Below, piece by piece: positions 33,153 through 42,263 of a DNA stretch of 64,000 bases. The first letter of the stretch is position 1; each line of letters begins with the position of its first letter. Location: NCBI GenBank assembly GCA_013360585.1, contig JABWBH010000001.1, positions 65,820 through 129,819 of the forward strand, given 5' to 3'. The translations under genes were made by a program, and so were the position numbers. Source of the stretch: Phycisphaerae bacterium. Lineage in GTDB: Bacteria; Planctomycetota; Phycisphaerae; UBA1845. Below the pieces are notes generated by a model. It saw nothing but the letters and a program-made list of their open reading frames with translations. It made no database searches and was not told the DNA's origin.

Positions 33153-34418
33153 TTAGGTTTTGACGCGGCGGATGTCAGCGCCGACGGCGCGAAGCTTCTC
33201 CTCGATGCGTTCGTATCCGCGGTCGATGTGGTAGACGCGCTGGACGACGGTTCGCCCTTTTGCGATCAGACCCGCGAGGACCAGGGCGGCGGAGGCGCGG
33301 AGGTCGGACGCCATCACCGGTGCGCCGACGAGTTGCTTGACGCCCTCGATAATGACGGTGGGACCTTCCTTGCGGAGGTGCGCGCCCATCCGGTTCAGCT
33401 CAGCGACGTGCAGGAAGCGGTCGGGGTAGATCTTCTCGGTGAGGATGCTGTTGCCGTCGGCGAGGGCCAGGAGGGCCATCATCTGCGCCTGAAGGTCAGT
33501 CGGGAAACCGGGGTAGGGCTGGGTGGTGATCTCGATCGGTTCGAGGCGGCGGGCGGCGGAGACGTTGACGCCCGTCTCGGTCCGCTTCACGAGGACGCCG
33601 ACGCGGCGCAGGGCGTCGACAGCGGCGACGAGGTGATCGAGGCGGGCGCCGGCGAGCTCGAGTTCTCCGTTGGTGATGCCGGCGGCGATCATGAACGTTC
33701 CGGTTTCGATGCGGTCCGGGATGATCGTGTGGTCGACGCCGCGCAGGGCGTCCACGCCTTCGATGACGATGCGCGGGGTTCCGTGACCGCTGATGCGGGC
33801 GCCGCAGGCATTGAGGTAGACGGCGAGGTCTGTGACTTCGGGTTCGCAGGCGGCGGATTCGATCACGGTGGCGCCCTCGGCGAGGACGGCGGCCATCATG
33901 ACGTTGGCCGTGGCCGTGACGGACGAGCCGAAGGGCCCTCCGAGGAAAACCTCGGTTCCGGTGAGCCGCTTGGTCTTGAGGACGACGTCGCCGTTGGCGA
34001 GGTCATAATCGGCGCCGAGCGCCTGACAGCCGCGGACGTGCAGGTCGATCGGACGGAACCCGATGGCGCATCCGCCGGGCATGGCGACGCGGGCGGTTTT
34101 TCGTTTGCCCAGCAGGGGGCCGAGGACGCAGACGCTGGCGCGCATCTGGCTGACCAGTTCGTAGCGCGCGTGGCTGTTGCTTTCATCCTCGACCCTGAGG
34201 CGCAGGATGCCAGGCTCGATGCGCCGGACGGCGACACCGAGCTGCGCAAGCAGTTCGCCCATCAACTCGACGTCCTTGAGGTCGGGGACGTTCCGGAGGA
34301 TCGTTTCACCTTCGGTGAGCAGGACCGCCGCCATCAGGGGGAGCGCGGCGTTTTTGGATCCGCCGATCTGGATGGTTCCGCGAAGCCGATTCCCGCCGTG
34401 TATCTCGAAGACGTCCAT
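33153..34418 (-). CDS. murA: UDP-N-acetylglucosamine 1-carboxyvinyltransferase
   Basis: 421 aa. GGSKNAALPLMAA and the active-site loop region are typical of MurA. Confidence 0.96.
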   Translation of the reverse strand: MDVFEIHGGNRLRGTIQIGGSKNAALPLMAAVLLTEGETILRNVPDLKDVELMGELLAQLGVAVRRIEPGILRLRVEDESNSHARYELVSQMRASVCVLGPLLGKRKTARVAMPGGCAIGFRPIDLHVRGCQALGADYDLANGDVVLKTKRLTGTEVFLGGPFGSSVTATANVMMAAVLAEGATVIESAACEPEVTDLAVYLNACGARISGHGTPRIVIEGVDALRGVDHTIIPDRIETGTFMIAAGITNGELELAGARLDHLVAAVDALRRVGVLVKRTETGVNVSAARRLEPIEITTQPYPGFPTDLQAQMMALLALADGNSILTEKIYPDRFLHVAELNRMGAHLRKEGPTVIIEGVKQLVGAPVMASDLRASAALVLAGLIAKGRTVVQRVYHIDRGYERIEEKLRAVGADIRRVKT

Positions 34419-34537
34419 GTCAGCGCTCCGGGAGAAAGACAGGTTCGCGGCGCGGGCCGCGCATCGCCGACGGCTCCGCGCGTTTCCCTTTCCGCGAGAG
34501 TGCGCGCCCGCCGCGCATCCCGATCGCCTCGTGTCGA

Positions 34538-35443
34538 TTACTTACGCTCATCGAAGACGAAATGCAAGACGCGTTCGCGTCCGGTGGTGCGATCACGTCC
34601 TGAGGCGACGCGACGGAACCCGACGGGCGTGAATATTTCCGCCACGGCGTCAGCCTGATGATCGCCGACTTCGACGAAGATCGCGCCGCGGTCGCAGAGC
34701 ACGTCTGCGGCGCCGGCGGCGGTGCGGCGGTAGAAATCCAGACCGTCCGCACCGTCGGTGAGCGCCTGGCGAGGTTCGAAGTCACGAATGCACGAGGCCA
34801 GATTCGCCACGGCGTCGGCGGCGATGTAAGGCGGGTTGGCGACGAGGACGTCAAACCCCTCTGGCGGGATGGCGTCCGGCGGAAGCGCGAGCCAGTCCGC
34901 GACGGCGGTCTTAAGCCGATCGCCGACGCCGAGTCGTCGGGCGTTCTCCTGAGCGACGAGGGTGGCTGCGGCGCTGATGTCGACGCCGACGCCGGTCGCT
35001 GCGGGCATGTGCTTGAGGATGCTGATGATGATGCAGCCGCTGCCGACGCCGAGTTCGAGGATCCGTGGGTTGGGGTGGGAGGCGCGGGCACGGTCATCGA
35101 GAACGGATTCGACGAGGAGTTCCGTCTCCGGTCTGGGGATGAGGACGTCGGGGGTGACATGAAATTCGAGGGAGAAGAACTCGCGTTGGCCGGTCAGGTA
35201 GGCGACAGGCTCGGACGCCGCCGCGCGTTTAACCAGTTCGCGGAGGCGGGTTCGCTGGTCGTCGTCGGGGATGCGGTCAAACCGGGCGTAAAGCTCAATG
35301 CGTCGGCACTGGAGTACGTGGGCGAGGAGGACTTCGGCGCAGAGGCGGGCGTCGTCCACCCCTTTTTCGGCGAGGAAATCGCGGGAAGAGGTGAGAAGGC
35401 GTTGCACGGTCCAAGGCGTGGCGAGATCGGGCGAAGACGACAT
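34538..35443 (-). CDS. prmC: Peptide chain release factor N5-glutamine methyltransferase
   Basis: LELGVGSGCI SAM motif and NPPY motif (VANPPYI). Confidence 0.9.
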   Translation of the reverse strand: MSSSPDLATPWTVQRLLTSSRDFLAEKGVDDARLCAEVLLAHVLQCRRIELYARFDRIPDDDQRTRLRELVKRAAASEPVAYLTGQREFFSLEFHVTPDVLIPRPETELLVESVLDDRARASHPNPRILELGVGSGCIIISILKHMPAATGVGVDISAAATLVAQENARRLGVGDRLKTAVADWLALPPDAIPPEGFDVLVANPPYIAADAVANLASCIRDFEPRQALTDGADGLDFYRRTAAGAADVLCDRGAIFVEVGDHQADAVAEIFTPVGFRRVASGRDRTTGRERVLHFVFDERK

Positions 35444-35494
35444 TGAGGCAATCTAGCGGGACGAGTCGTAGAGGCAAACAAATCCGCGGTGCGG

Positions 35495-35700
35495 GGTTAG
35501 CCGCCCGTTGAAGAACCCGGGATCGGTCTTTGTGATGCTGGTTTTCCCGATGAAATTCGCCTCCCGGAGGTAGGCGCACCCCTTTTTCAACGGGCGGTTA
35601 GCGCTGGTTGAAGCGCTGGCGATCGGCCTTTGTGATCGCGGTTTTCGCGGTGAAAATCGAGTTCCGGAGGGACGCACCCGCCGTTTTGAACGGCTGTCAG
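35495..35700. repeat. Two imperfect ~100-bp tandem repeats (about 75% identity by eye)
   Basis: Landmarks recur with a 100-101 nt period: GGTTAG 35495/35596, GTTGAAG 35507/35607, GATCGG.CTTTGTGAT, GGTTTTC, TCCGGAGG, AACGG. A third unit starts (CTGTCAG 35694-35700) but decays. Confidence 0.7.
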
Positions 35701-35873
35701 GTGCGGAGCAGGGGCACGGACATGGGCGTCGCTGGTCGGGGTGTCGGCCAGTGTGATCGCCACGCAATGTTTTATTATTTAATAAGTTACGTATATTTCC
35801 CCGGAACAAGTTCTTGTTGTTGATTCTCGGGTCGGACCGCGGTGCGGCGTATGCGTGATGGGCTTGGGTTGGT

Positions 35874-35901
35874 TTGACACGAGGTTGGTGGGGTTTATAA
35901 T
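35874..35901 (+). promoter_or_regulatory. Consensus sigma-70 promoter
   Basis: TTGACA (35874-35879), 16 nt, TATAAT (35896-35901). This is the best promoter match in the window. Confidence 0.6.
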
Positions 35902-35907
35902 CCGCCT

Positions 35908-36228
35908 TGCGGGAAATTAAGGTTTCGACCGATAGAAGCGCGGTCGGATCAGATTATTGGACGCGGCATCGGCGGGTTGGGCCGGCATGCGGTATTTGCG
36001 TGCGCCGAGCCGGGGCGTGCAGGGCAGGAACATGTGCGCGACGTGTGTGGGATGTGGAGTGATTAACCGTGCGAGTTGATCGTTCGGGTCATCGCGCGCG
36101 GTATTGCGCCGGGCAGGTTCCACACCAGGAACGGGGGGAAGGCACCATGTAGGCTGCGCCAGGACATGGTGGAAGCGGTCGCGTTCAAGTGGGCCTGCGG
36201 CGACGCCGCCCACTTTTTTTGTTTTTTT
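35908..36228 (+). ncRNA. ~310-nt structured leader or independent sRNA between the consensus promoter and the terminator upstream of nusA
   Basis: No credible ORF. Perfect hairpins CGACCG/CGGTCG (35926-35946) and CACCATGT/ACATGGTG (36143-36171). Bounded by a promoter and an intrinsic terminator. RNA class not identified. Confidence 0.4.
36189..36228 (+). terminator. Intrinsic terminator/attenuator 33 nt upstream of the nusA ATG
   Basis: GTGGGC (36189-36194) / GCCCAC (36208-36213) stem followed by TTTTTTTGTTTTTTT (36214-36228). Confidence 0.65.
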
Positions 36229-36260
36229 GGCGGTCGACGGAGTCGGCCGGTGGGATCGAC

Positions 36261-37664
36261 ATGAGTTCAGACCTGCTGCACATGGTGGATGCGATCAGCC
36301 GGGAGAAGAACATTGATAAAGAGAACATCTTTATCGACATCGAGACGGGGATCGCGTCGGCGATGCGCCGGGCTTACGGCGAGGCGCAGGAGATCGTGGT
36401 GAAGATTCATCGCGGGTCGGGGAAGATCGAGGCGACACTGGACGGTCGTCCGGTTTCGATGGTCGAGCTGGGGCGGATCGCGGCGCAGACGTTCAAACAG
36501 GTGATGATCCAGAAGCTGCGTGAGGACGAGCGCAGTTCGCTGTTTGAGGAGTATTCGAAGCGGGTGGGGACGCTGATCACGGGGGTGGCGTCGCGGATGG
36601 AGGGGGGGACGCTGGTGGTGAACCTCGGGCGCGGGGAGGCGATCATTCCGCGCAGCGAGCAGCTTCCCGGCGAGACGCATCATCCGGGCGATCGGGTGCG
36701 GGCGATGATCCTCGACGTGCGGGAGTCGGCCAGCCAGATCCGGATCGTGCTGTCGCGGACACATCCGGATTTCATCAAGCGTTTGTTCGAGGCGGAGGTT
36801 CCCGAGGTGGCGGAGCGGATCATCGAGATTCGGGCGTTGGCGCGGGAGCCGGGGTATCGGACGAAAGTTGCGGTGTCGTCGATCGACATGAAGGTGGATG
36901 CGGTCGGGGCGTGCGTGGGGGTGCGTGGGAGCCGGATCAAGAACATCGTCGAGGAGATCAACAACGAGAAGATCGACATCGTGCGGTGGAACGAGTCGTC
37001 GCAGATCCTGATCACGAATGCGCTGAAGCCCGCGGAGATCAAGGAAGTCTTCCTGTGTTTTGAGCTGGGTCACGCGGTGGTGGTGGTGGCGGACGACCAG
37101 TTGTCGTTGGCGATCGGGAAGCGCGGACAGAACGTGCGGTTGGCGTCGCGGTTGACGGGGTGGGACATCGACATTCTGACGCCGGTGGAATACGACCGAT
37201 CGCTGGATCTGATGGAGAGCACGTTGCGGGCGGTCGCGGGGGTGGACGACGTGTTGCTGGATAAGATTCTGGCGATCGGAATCATCTCGGTCGGGGATTT
37301 GGCGCTGGTGGGCGCGGAACCGCTGGTGCAGGAGCTTGAGGTTCCGCAGGATCTGGCGGAGCGGATCGTCGCGGCGTCGGAAGAAGCGGCGAAGCGAGCG
37401 GCGGTGACGGAGGCGGCGCGCCTGGCGTCTCAGGACGGCGCGGGCGCGACGGAGACGGTCGAGGCGGCGGCGGGAACCGGGGAACTCGGTGGTTCCCTGG
37501 CCAGGGAGGGGATCGGCGACGATCGATCGGACCTTTCCGCGGTCGGCGGGCCGGGCGAGGCGGACCGAGGGGACGGACCGGAAGGAACGACGATTGACGT
37601 TACGCCGTCGGCGAGCGGCGTTGTGGAAGAGGATTCTGAGGGGCGGAACGTACGCATCGAGTAA
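36261..37664 (+). CDS. nusA: Transcription termination/antitermination factor NusA
   Basis: ATG at 36261. LLHMVDAISREKNIDKE N-terminus, S1 and two KH domains, acidic C-terminal tail. Confidence 0.96.
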   Translation: MSSDLLHMVDAISREKNIDKENIFIDIETGIASAMRRAYGEAQEIVVKIHRGSGKIEATLDGRPVSMVELGRIAAQTFKQVMIQKLREDERSSLFEEYSKRVGTLITGVASRMEGGTLVVNLGRGEAIIPRSEQLPGETHHPGDRVRAMILDVRESASQIRIVLSRTHPDFIKRLFEAEVPEVAERIIEIRALAREPGYRTKVAVSSIDMKVDAVGACVGVRGSRIKNIVEEINNEKIDIVRWNESSQILITNALKPAEIKEVFLCFELGHAVVVVADDQLSLAIGKRGQNVRLASRLTGWDIDILTPVEYDRSLDLMESTLRAVAGVDDVLLDKILAIGIISVGDLALVGAEPLVQELEVPQDLAERIVAASEEAAKRAAVTEAARLASQDGAGATETVEAAAGTGELGGSLAREGIGDDRSDLSAVGGPGEADRGDGPEGTTIDVTPSASGVVEEDSEGRNVRIE

Positions 37665-37719
37665 CACGAGGGCGGTTCGGGAGATCTGAAACCGGTCGCG
37701 GCAAGGGGAGGCAGCTTTT

Positions 37720-40497
37720 TTGGAGAAGATGCGGGTACACATCCTGGCGAACGAACTTTCCGTAACGAGCAAGGCCATCCTCGAGAAATGCCGGGCGGAG
37801 GGGCTGGGCGACGTGGTGAAGAACCACATGTCGACGCTCAGCGCCGGTCTGGAAGCGACGATTCGGGAGTGGTTTTCCGGGGCGCACAGCGACACGGCGG
37901 TGGAGACGGCGGAGCAGATCGACCTGAACAAGGTTCGCGTGCGTCGTCGCAAGCGGAAAGGGGAATCCGAGGCGGACAGCGGCGGAGTGGCGGTCGGCGT
38001 TGAGGAGGAGGAGGAGGAGGAGGAGACGGTCGAGGCGCCGAACGAGGCGGAGCTGCCGGTCGTGGCGTCTCCGGTCATCCCCGCGGCGGCGGAGTCTGCT
38101 CCTGTTGCGGAAGCGCCGGCGCCAGCAGCGCCTGCCGCGGGATCTGTGGAGGAGCATTCTGCACCGAAGTCGGCGCTGGGTCCGGTTGCCGCGCCGGTAG
38201 TAGAGGAACTGCATCCGGTCATTCCTCGGGAGTCGTCGGAGTCGTCAGGTCCGGCGGCAGCTCCCGCACCCGCGTCGCCGCCTGAAGTGCCGTCGAAGGC
38301 GGAGCCCTCGCCGGGCGCGGGTCGCGCGGCGGCGGAGTCGCCGCAGCCGGTGACGCCGATCGGACCGCAGAACGTTCCTGCGCCTGCGCGGATCACGGGG
38401 CCTCGGGTTGTGCGATATGAGGCGCCGGAGCGTGAGGCGTACACGCCTCGGCCTCGTGCGGCGCCGCCGGGTCGAGATGCGGGAACCGCCCCGGCAGATC
38501 CGAGTCGAGTGCGCCCGGCGCGACGGACGGACCGTGCGGAGGAAGCTGCGCGAATCCGTCAGAACGCGCGTCGGTCGATCCGGGTGGATTCGTCGACGAG
38601 CGAGAAACTTCAGGAGTGGCGTGATCAGGATCTTGCGGAGCGGCGCGAGCGGCTTCGGGTGGCGACGGGTCGGAAGATTCATCGGCGCCGGGGCGAGGAG
38701 GAGAACCGCCCGACGGCGGGCGGTCCGAAACTGACGGCGAAGCTGCACGAGCCTGCGACGGTCCGGGACTTCTGCGCGGCGACGGGGATCAATCAGATTC
38801 TGGTGTGCAAGACGCTGCTTCAGAAGCTGGAGATTCTTGCGAACATCAACACGACGCTGACCGCGGAGACCGCGCAATTGCTGGGGCTGGAGTTCGGTCT
38901 GGACGTCGAGGTGATGCCGGCGAAGACGTCGCTGGATGTTCTGGAAGAGGAGTTCGCGGCGCGTCCACGTCCGAAGCTAGCGCCGAGGCCTCCGGTAGTG
39001 ACGATCATGGGTCACGTGGATCACGGGAAGACGAGCCTGCTGGACCGGATCCGGCGTGCGCGGGTGGTGGACGTGGAGGATGGGGGCATCACGCAGCACA
39101 TCGGGTCTTATCACTTCGAGCGGGACCACGTGAAGGTGACGTTTCTGGACACACCGGGTCACGCGGCGTTCACGTCGATGCGGGAGCGTGGGGCGAACCT
39201 GACGGATATCGTGGTGCTGGTGGTGGCGGCGAACGACGGGGTGATGCCTCAGACGCTGGAGGCGCTGAACCACGCGAAGGCGGCGAAAGTTCCGATTCTG
39301 GTGGCGTTAAACAAGATCGACATGGGTCGGGACAACGTGCTGCGGATCTACGGTCAATTGGCGGAGCACGGGTTGTCGCCGGTGGCGTGGGGCGGTGAAA
39401 CGGAGGTGGTGGAGACGTCGGCGACGACGGGGGAGGGGATCGACCATCTTCTGGAGACGATCATGACGATGGCGGAACTGATGGATCTGAAGGCGGATCC
39501 GACGGTTCCGGCGGTGGGGACGGTGGTGGAGGCGGAAACGAAGCCCGGCGTCGGCGCGGTGGTTCGGACGCTGGTGCAGGAGGGGACGCTGAAGGTCGGG
39601 GACGTGGTGTTGTGCGGGACGGCGAGCGGAAAAGTCCGAGCGCTGATGAACGATCTGGGGAAGAAGGTGACCTCTGTGGGTCCGGGCATGCCCGTGGAGA
39701 TCTGGGGTCTGGATGAAGCTCCGCAGGCGGGCGACCGGTTGTACCAGTTGGACTCGGCGGCGCGTGCGAAGCAGATCGCAGAGGAAGTTCGTCAGACGCG
39801 GATCCGGGAAGCCCGGACGAGCATCCGGAAGGCGCGATCGCTGGCGGAGATCTTCGCGCGGCGTGACGCGGAGGAGGTTCCGGAACTGAATGTGATTCTT
39901 CGTGCGGATGTTCAGGGAAGCGTGGACGCGCTGCATCACCTGCTGGGCGAGCTTCCGACGGAAAAGGTGAAGCTGTCGATCCGTCACTCGGGGATCGGCG
40001 CGGTGACGGAGAACGACGTGCTGCTGGCGGCGGCGTCAGACGCAGTGATCATCGGTTTCCGGGTGGAGCCGACGGCGGGCGCGAAACGGCTGATTGACGA
40101 GAAGGGGGTGGACGTCCGGACGCACCGAGTGATCTACGAGGTGAGCGACGAGATCCGCCGCGCGATGGAAGGGTTATTGACGCCGGAGGAGCATCTGGAG
40201 GCGCGGGGCACGGTGGAGGTCCGCAACCTGTTCCGGGTTACGAAGGTGGGTCTGGTGGCGGGGTGCTACGTGACGAGCGGCGTGGTGGCACGGAATCATC
40301 GGGTGAAGGTGGTGCGGGACGGCGTGGTGATCCGCGAGGGTTGCCCGATCGAGTCGTTGAAACACTTCAAAGATGACGTCAAGGAAGTCCGTGCGGGCAA
40401 GGAATGCGGTCTGATGCTGGAGGGATTCACGGACCTTCACGTGGGAGACATCCTCGAGACGTTCGATCTCGTGCAGGTTGCGCAGACCCTTACGTAA
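37720..40497 (+). CDS. infB: Translation initiation factor IF-2
   Basis: GTPase motifs GHVDHGKTSLLD, DTPGH, NKID. Long Pro/Ala/Glu-rich N-terminal region. TTG at 37720 or ATG at 37729 as start. Confidence 0.96.
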   Translation: MEKMRVHILANELSVTSKAILEKCRAEGLGDVVKNHMSTLSAGLEATIREWFSGAHSDTAVETAEQIDLNKVRVRRRKRKGESEADSGGVAVGVEEEEEEEETVEAPNEAELPVVASPVIPAAAESAPVAEAPAPAAPAAGSVEEHSAPKSALGPVAAPVVEELHPVIPRESSESSGPAAAPAPASPPEVPSKAEPSPGAGRAAAESPQPVTPIGPQNVPAPARITGPRVVRYEAPEREAYTPRPRAAPPGRDAGTAPADPSRVRPARRTDRAEEAARIRQNARRSIRVDSSTSEKLQEWRDQDLAERRERLRVATGRKIHRRRGEEENRPTAGGPKLTAKLHEPATVRDFCAATGINQILVCKTLLQKLEILANINTTLTAETAQLLGLEFGLDVEVMPAKTSLDVLEEEFAARPRPKLAPRPPVVTIMGHVDHGKTSLLDRIRRARVVDVEDGGITQHIGSYHFERDHVKVTFLDTPGHAAFTSMRERGANLTDIVVLVVAANDGVMPQTLEALNHAKAAKVPILVALNKIDMGRDNVLRIYGQLAEHGLSPVAWGGETEVVETSATTGEGIDHLLETIMTMAELMDLKADPTVPAVGTVVEAETKPGVGAVVRTLVQEGTLKVGDVVLCGTASGKVRALMNDLGKKVTSVGPGMPVEIWGLDEAPQAGDRLYQLDSAARAKQIAEEVRQTRIREARTSIRKARSLAEIFARRDAEEVPELNVILRADVQGSVDALHHLLGELPTEKVKLSIRHSGIGAVTENDVLLAAASDAVIIGFRVEPTAGAKRLIDEKGVDVRTHRVIYEVSDEIRRAMEGLLTPEEHLEARGTVEVRNLFRVTKVGLVAGCYVTSGVVARNHRVKVVRDGVVIREGCPIESLKHFKDDVKEVRAGKECGLMLEGFTDLHVGDILETFDLVQVAQTLT

Positions 40498-40515
40498 CCG
40501 GGAGCTTCATCGGAG

Positions 40516-41637
40516 ATGATCGAGTTCAAATCCCCCTGCGGTCATACGGTGCGTGCCCGGGATGAGGATGCGGGTCGTGAGGTCAAGTGCAACTACTGCG
40601 GCAAGGAGGTGCGGGTTCCGTCGGATCGCGCCGACGATCTGGACTTCCTGATGTCGGAGGTCAGCGCGACGACGTCCGCTGTGGCTTCGCCGCCGCGGAA
40701 GGCGCGGAGCGGCGGTCCTTTTTCAGGGGGGCGGCGTTCGGGGGAGTCCGGTCCGCGTGAGGTGATCCTGAAGCTGACGTACGCGGCGGCGGCGATCACG
40801 GCGGTGGTGGTTGTGACGCGGAATTACGTGCTTCCGGCGTTGGCGCCGGGGGAAGCGCCGGAGCAGGCGTCAGCGGCGCATCAACCGTCGCCCGAGCCGA
40901 AGCCCCGGCGGGTGACGTTCGGGCTGGCCGACCTGAGCGGCGAGGGCGGATTGTATGTGTCAGCCGTTCCGGCTGAGGCGGACATCTACATTGTCGACGA
41001 GAAGACGTGGACGGTGGGACAGCGGATCGCGGCGGCGCCGGGATCGAAGCGGATGACGTCCGGGGAGACGTTCTGCGGCACGGAGGGCGTATTCATCGTC
41101 GAGGCGGCGCTGCCGTGGAACGACAAGAGTCTGAAGGCGTACCCGGAGTACAACTCGACGTTTCGGCGGGCGCTGGAATCGGCCGAGAAAGGCGAGGCGA
41201 GCAACGCGCTGGCGCGCCAGTACTTTCTGCCGGACGGAGCGACGTCGGTGTTCGTCACGAAAGAGACGGATCAGACGTACCTGGTGCGTCAGTACAAGGT
41301 CGAGTTGCGGAAGGATGGGTGGGAGTCGGTGACGGCGTTCTTCGTTCCGGTGAGCCTGAAGGTCGGCGATCTGGTGACGCGTTATCTTCCGTCGAGACAG
41401 CGGTTCGGATTCGATGAGGAACACGTGCGCGGAGAGCTGGAGTACTACGGCGTGTCCCTGCATGACCGGACGTACGTGATGGACGCACTGGCGCGGATCG
41501 GAGCGGTGCCTTATGACACGTCGGGCGGAAGCGGCGGGGTCGAGACCCGCGTCGTGCGGATGTTTCGGATCGACGTGGGGACGGGGCAGTTCCGGACGCA
41601 GGTGCTCGGCGCGACGGGATCGACGGGGGGAAATTAG
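40516..41637 (+). CDS. Hypothetical membrane protein: N-terminal zinc ribbon, one TM, PEGA-like extracytoplasmic domain
   Basis: CGH...CNYCG ribbon, TM LTYAAAAITAVVVVT, and GGLYVSAVPAEADIYIVDE resembling a PEGA motif. Confidence 0.55.
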   Translation: MIEFKSPCGHTVRARDEDAGREVKCNYCGKEVRVPSDRADDLDFLMSEVSATTSAVASPPRKARSGGPFSGGRRSGESGPREVILKLTYAAAAITAVVVVTRNYVLPALAPGEAPEQASAAHQPSPEPKPRRVTFGLADLSGEGGLYVSAVPAEADIYIVDEKTWTVGQRIAAAPGSKRMTSGETFCGTEGVFIVEAALPWNDKSLKAYPEYNSTFRRALESAEKGEASNALARQYFLPDGATSVFVTKETDQTYLVRQYKVELRKDGWESVTAFFVPVSLKVGDLVTRYLPSRQRFGFDEEHVRGELEYYGVSLHDRTYVMDALARIGAVPYDTSGGSGGVETRVVRMFRIDVGTGQFRTQVLGATGSTGGN

Positions 41638-41831
41638 CGTGATGCGAGGCAGGTTCCTTGCGGTCGATTCTGATCCGGGCGCCGGGTTCCGCACGGGGGG
41701 ATCGGGGGGCTGCCCTTGCATGCGGGCTGGAGATCTGCGGTTGCAGGCGGAGCGGAAGGCCGCGGTCCGAACGTCGTCGACGAACCTGCGACGGAGGATT
41801 TGAGGCGGGCGCGCATGAAGGTGGAGGGCGG

Positions 41832-42263
41832 GTGAATCCGTATCGACGTGAAAAGATGGCGAGCACGATCCGCACGGTGCTGGCGGGTGCGATCGGACAG
41901 CTCAACGATCCGCGGATTGAACCGCTGACGTCGGTGACGCGGGTGGAGGTGAGCGCGGACCTTCTTGCGGCGCGGGTTTATGTCGTGGTTCACGGAGCGC
42001 GCGGCGTCGTGACGCGGACGCTGGCGGGGTTGCGCAGCGCGTCGGGGCATCTGCAACGGATGCTGGCGTCTGAGTTGCAGGTGCGGCAGTGTCCCCGCGT
42101 GTCGTTCGAGCTGGACGAGGCGTTTATCGAGGCGCAGGAGACGTTGCGCCTGATTGCATCGAACAAGACCCAGGGAGAGGAAAGAGCGCCCGGTGAAGCG
42201 GGGGGAGAGGTGATCGCGGGTGCGGAGGCGGACGATCCTTCAGCGGAGGGTTCGAGCGGATGA
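41832..42263 (+). CDS. rbfA: Ribosome-binding factor A
   Basis: GTG at 41832 with GGTGGAGGG upstream. RREKMASTIRTVLAGAIGQLNDPRI...VTRVEVSADLLAARVYV is typical of RbfA. Confidence 0.85.
   Translation: MNPYRREKMASTIRTVLAGAIGQLNDPRIEPLTSVTRVEVSADLLAARVYVVVHGARGVVTRTLAGLRSASGHLQRMLASELQVRQCPRVSFELDEAFIEAQETLRLIASNKTQGEERAPGEAGGEVIAGAEADDPSAEGSSG

Noticed and set aside
35495-35700. CRISPR array
   Set aside because: Only two to three units, each ~100 bp and directly abutting with no spacers. The units are imperfect and no cas genes are present.
35908-36228. tmRNA (ssrA), suggested by a GGTTTCGAC-like 5' motif and smpB in the window
   Set aside because: No GGGG acceptor 5' end, no T-arm/CCA-type 3' end, and no tag-peptide reading frame ending in an Ala-Ala stop. 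I also saw no GGAAAGTCC (RNase P) or SRP domain-IV motif. The RNA class is left unassigned.
36267-38444. 725-aa minus-strand ORF opposite nusA/infB
   Set aside because: Shadow ORF. nusA and infB on the plus strand are unambiguous.
40516-40550. tRNA-like T-arm string GAGTTCAAATCCCCC
   Set aside because: It lies at the start of a CDS (MIEFKSPCG), with no acceptor stem, anticodon arm or D-arm. No tRNA was found in any intergenic region inspected by eye.
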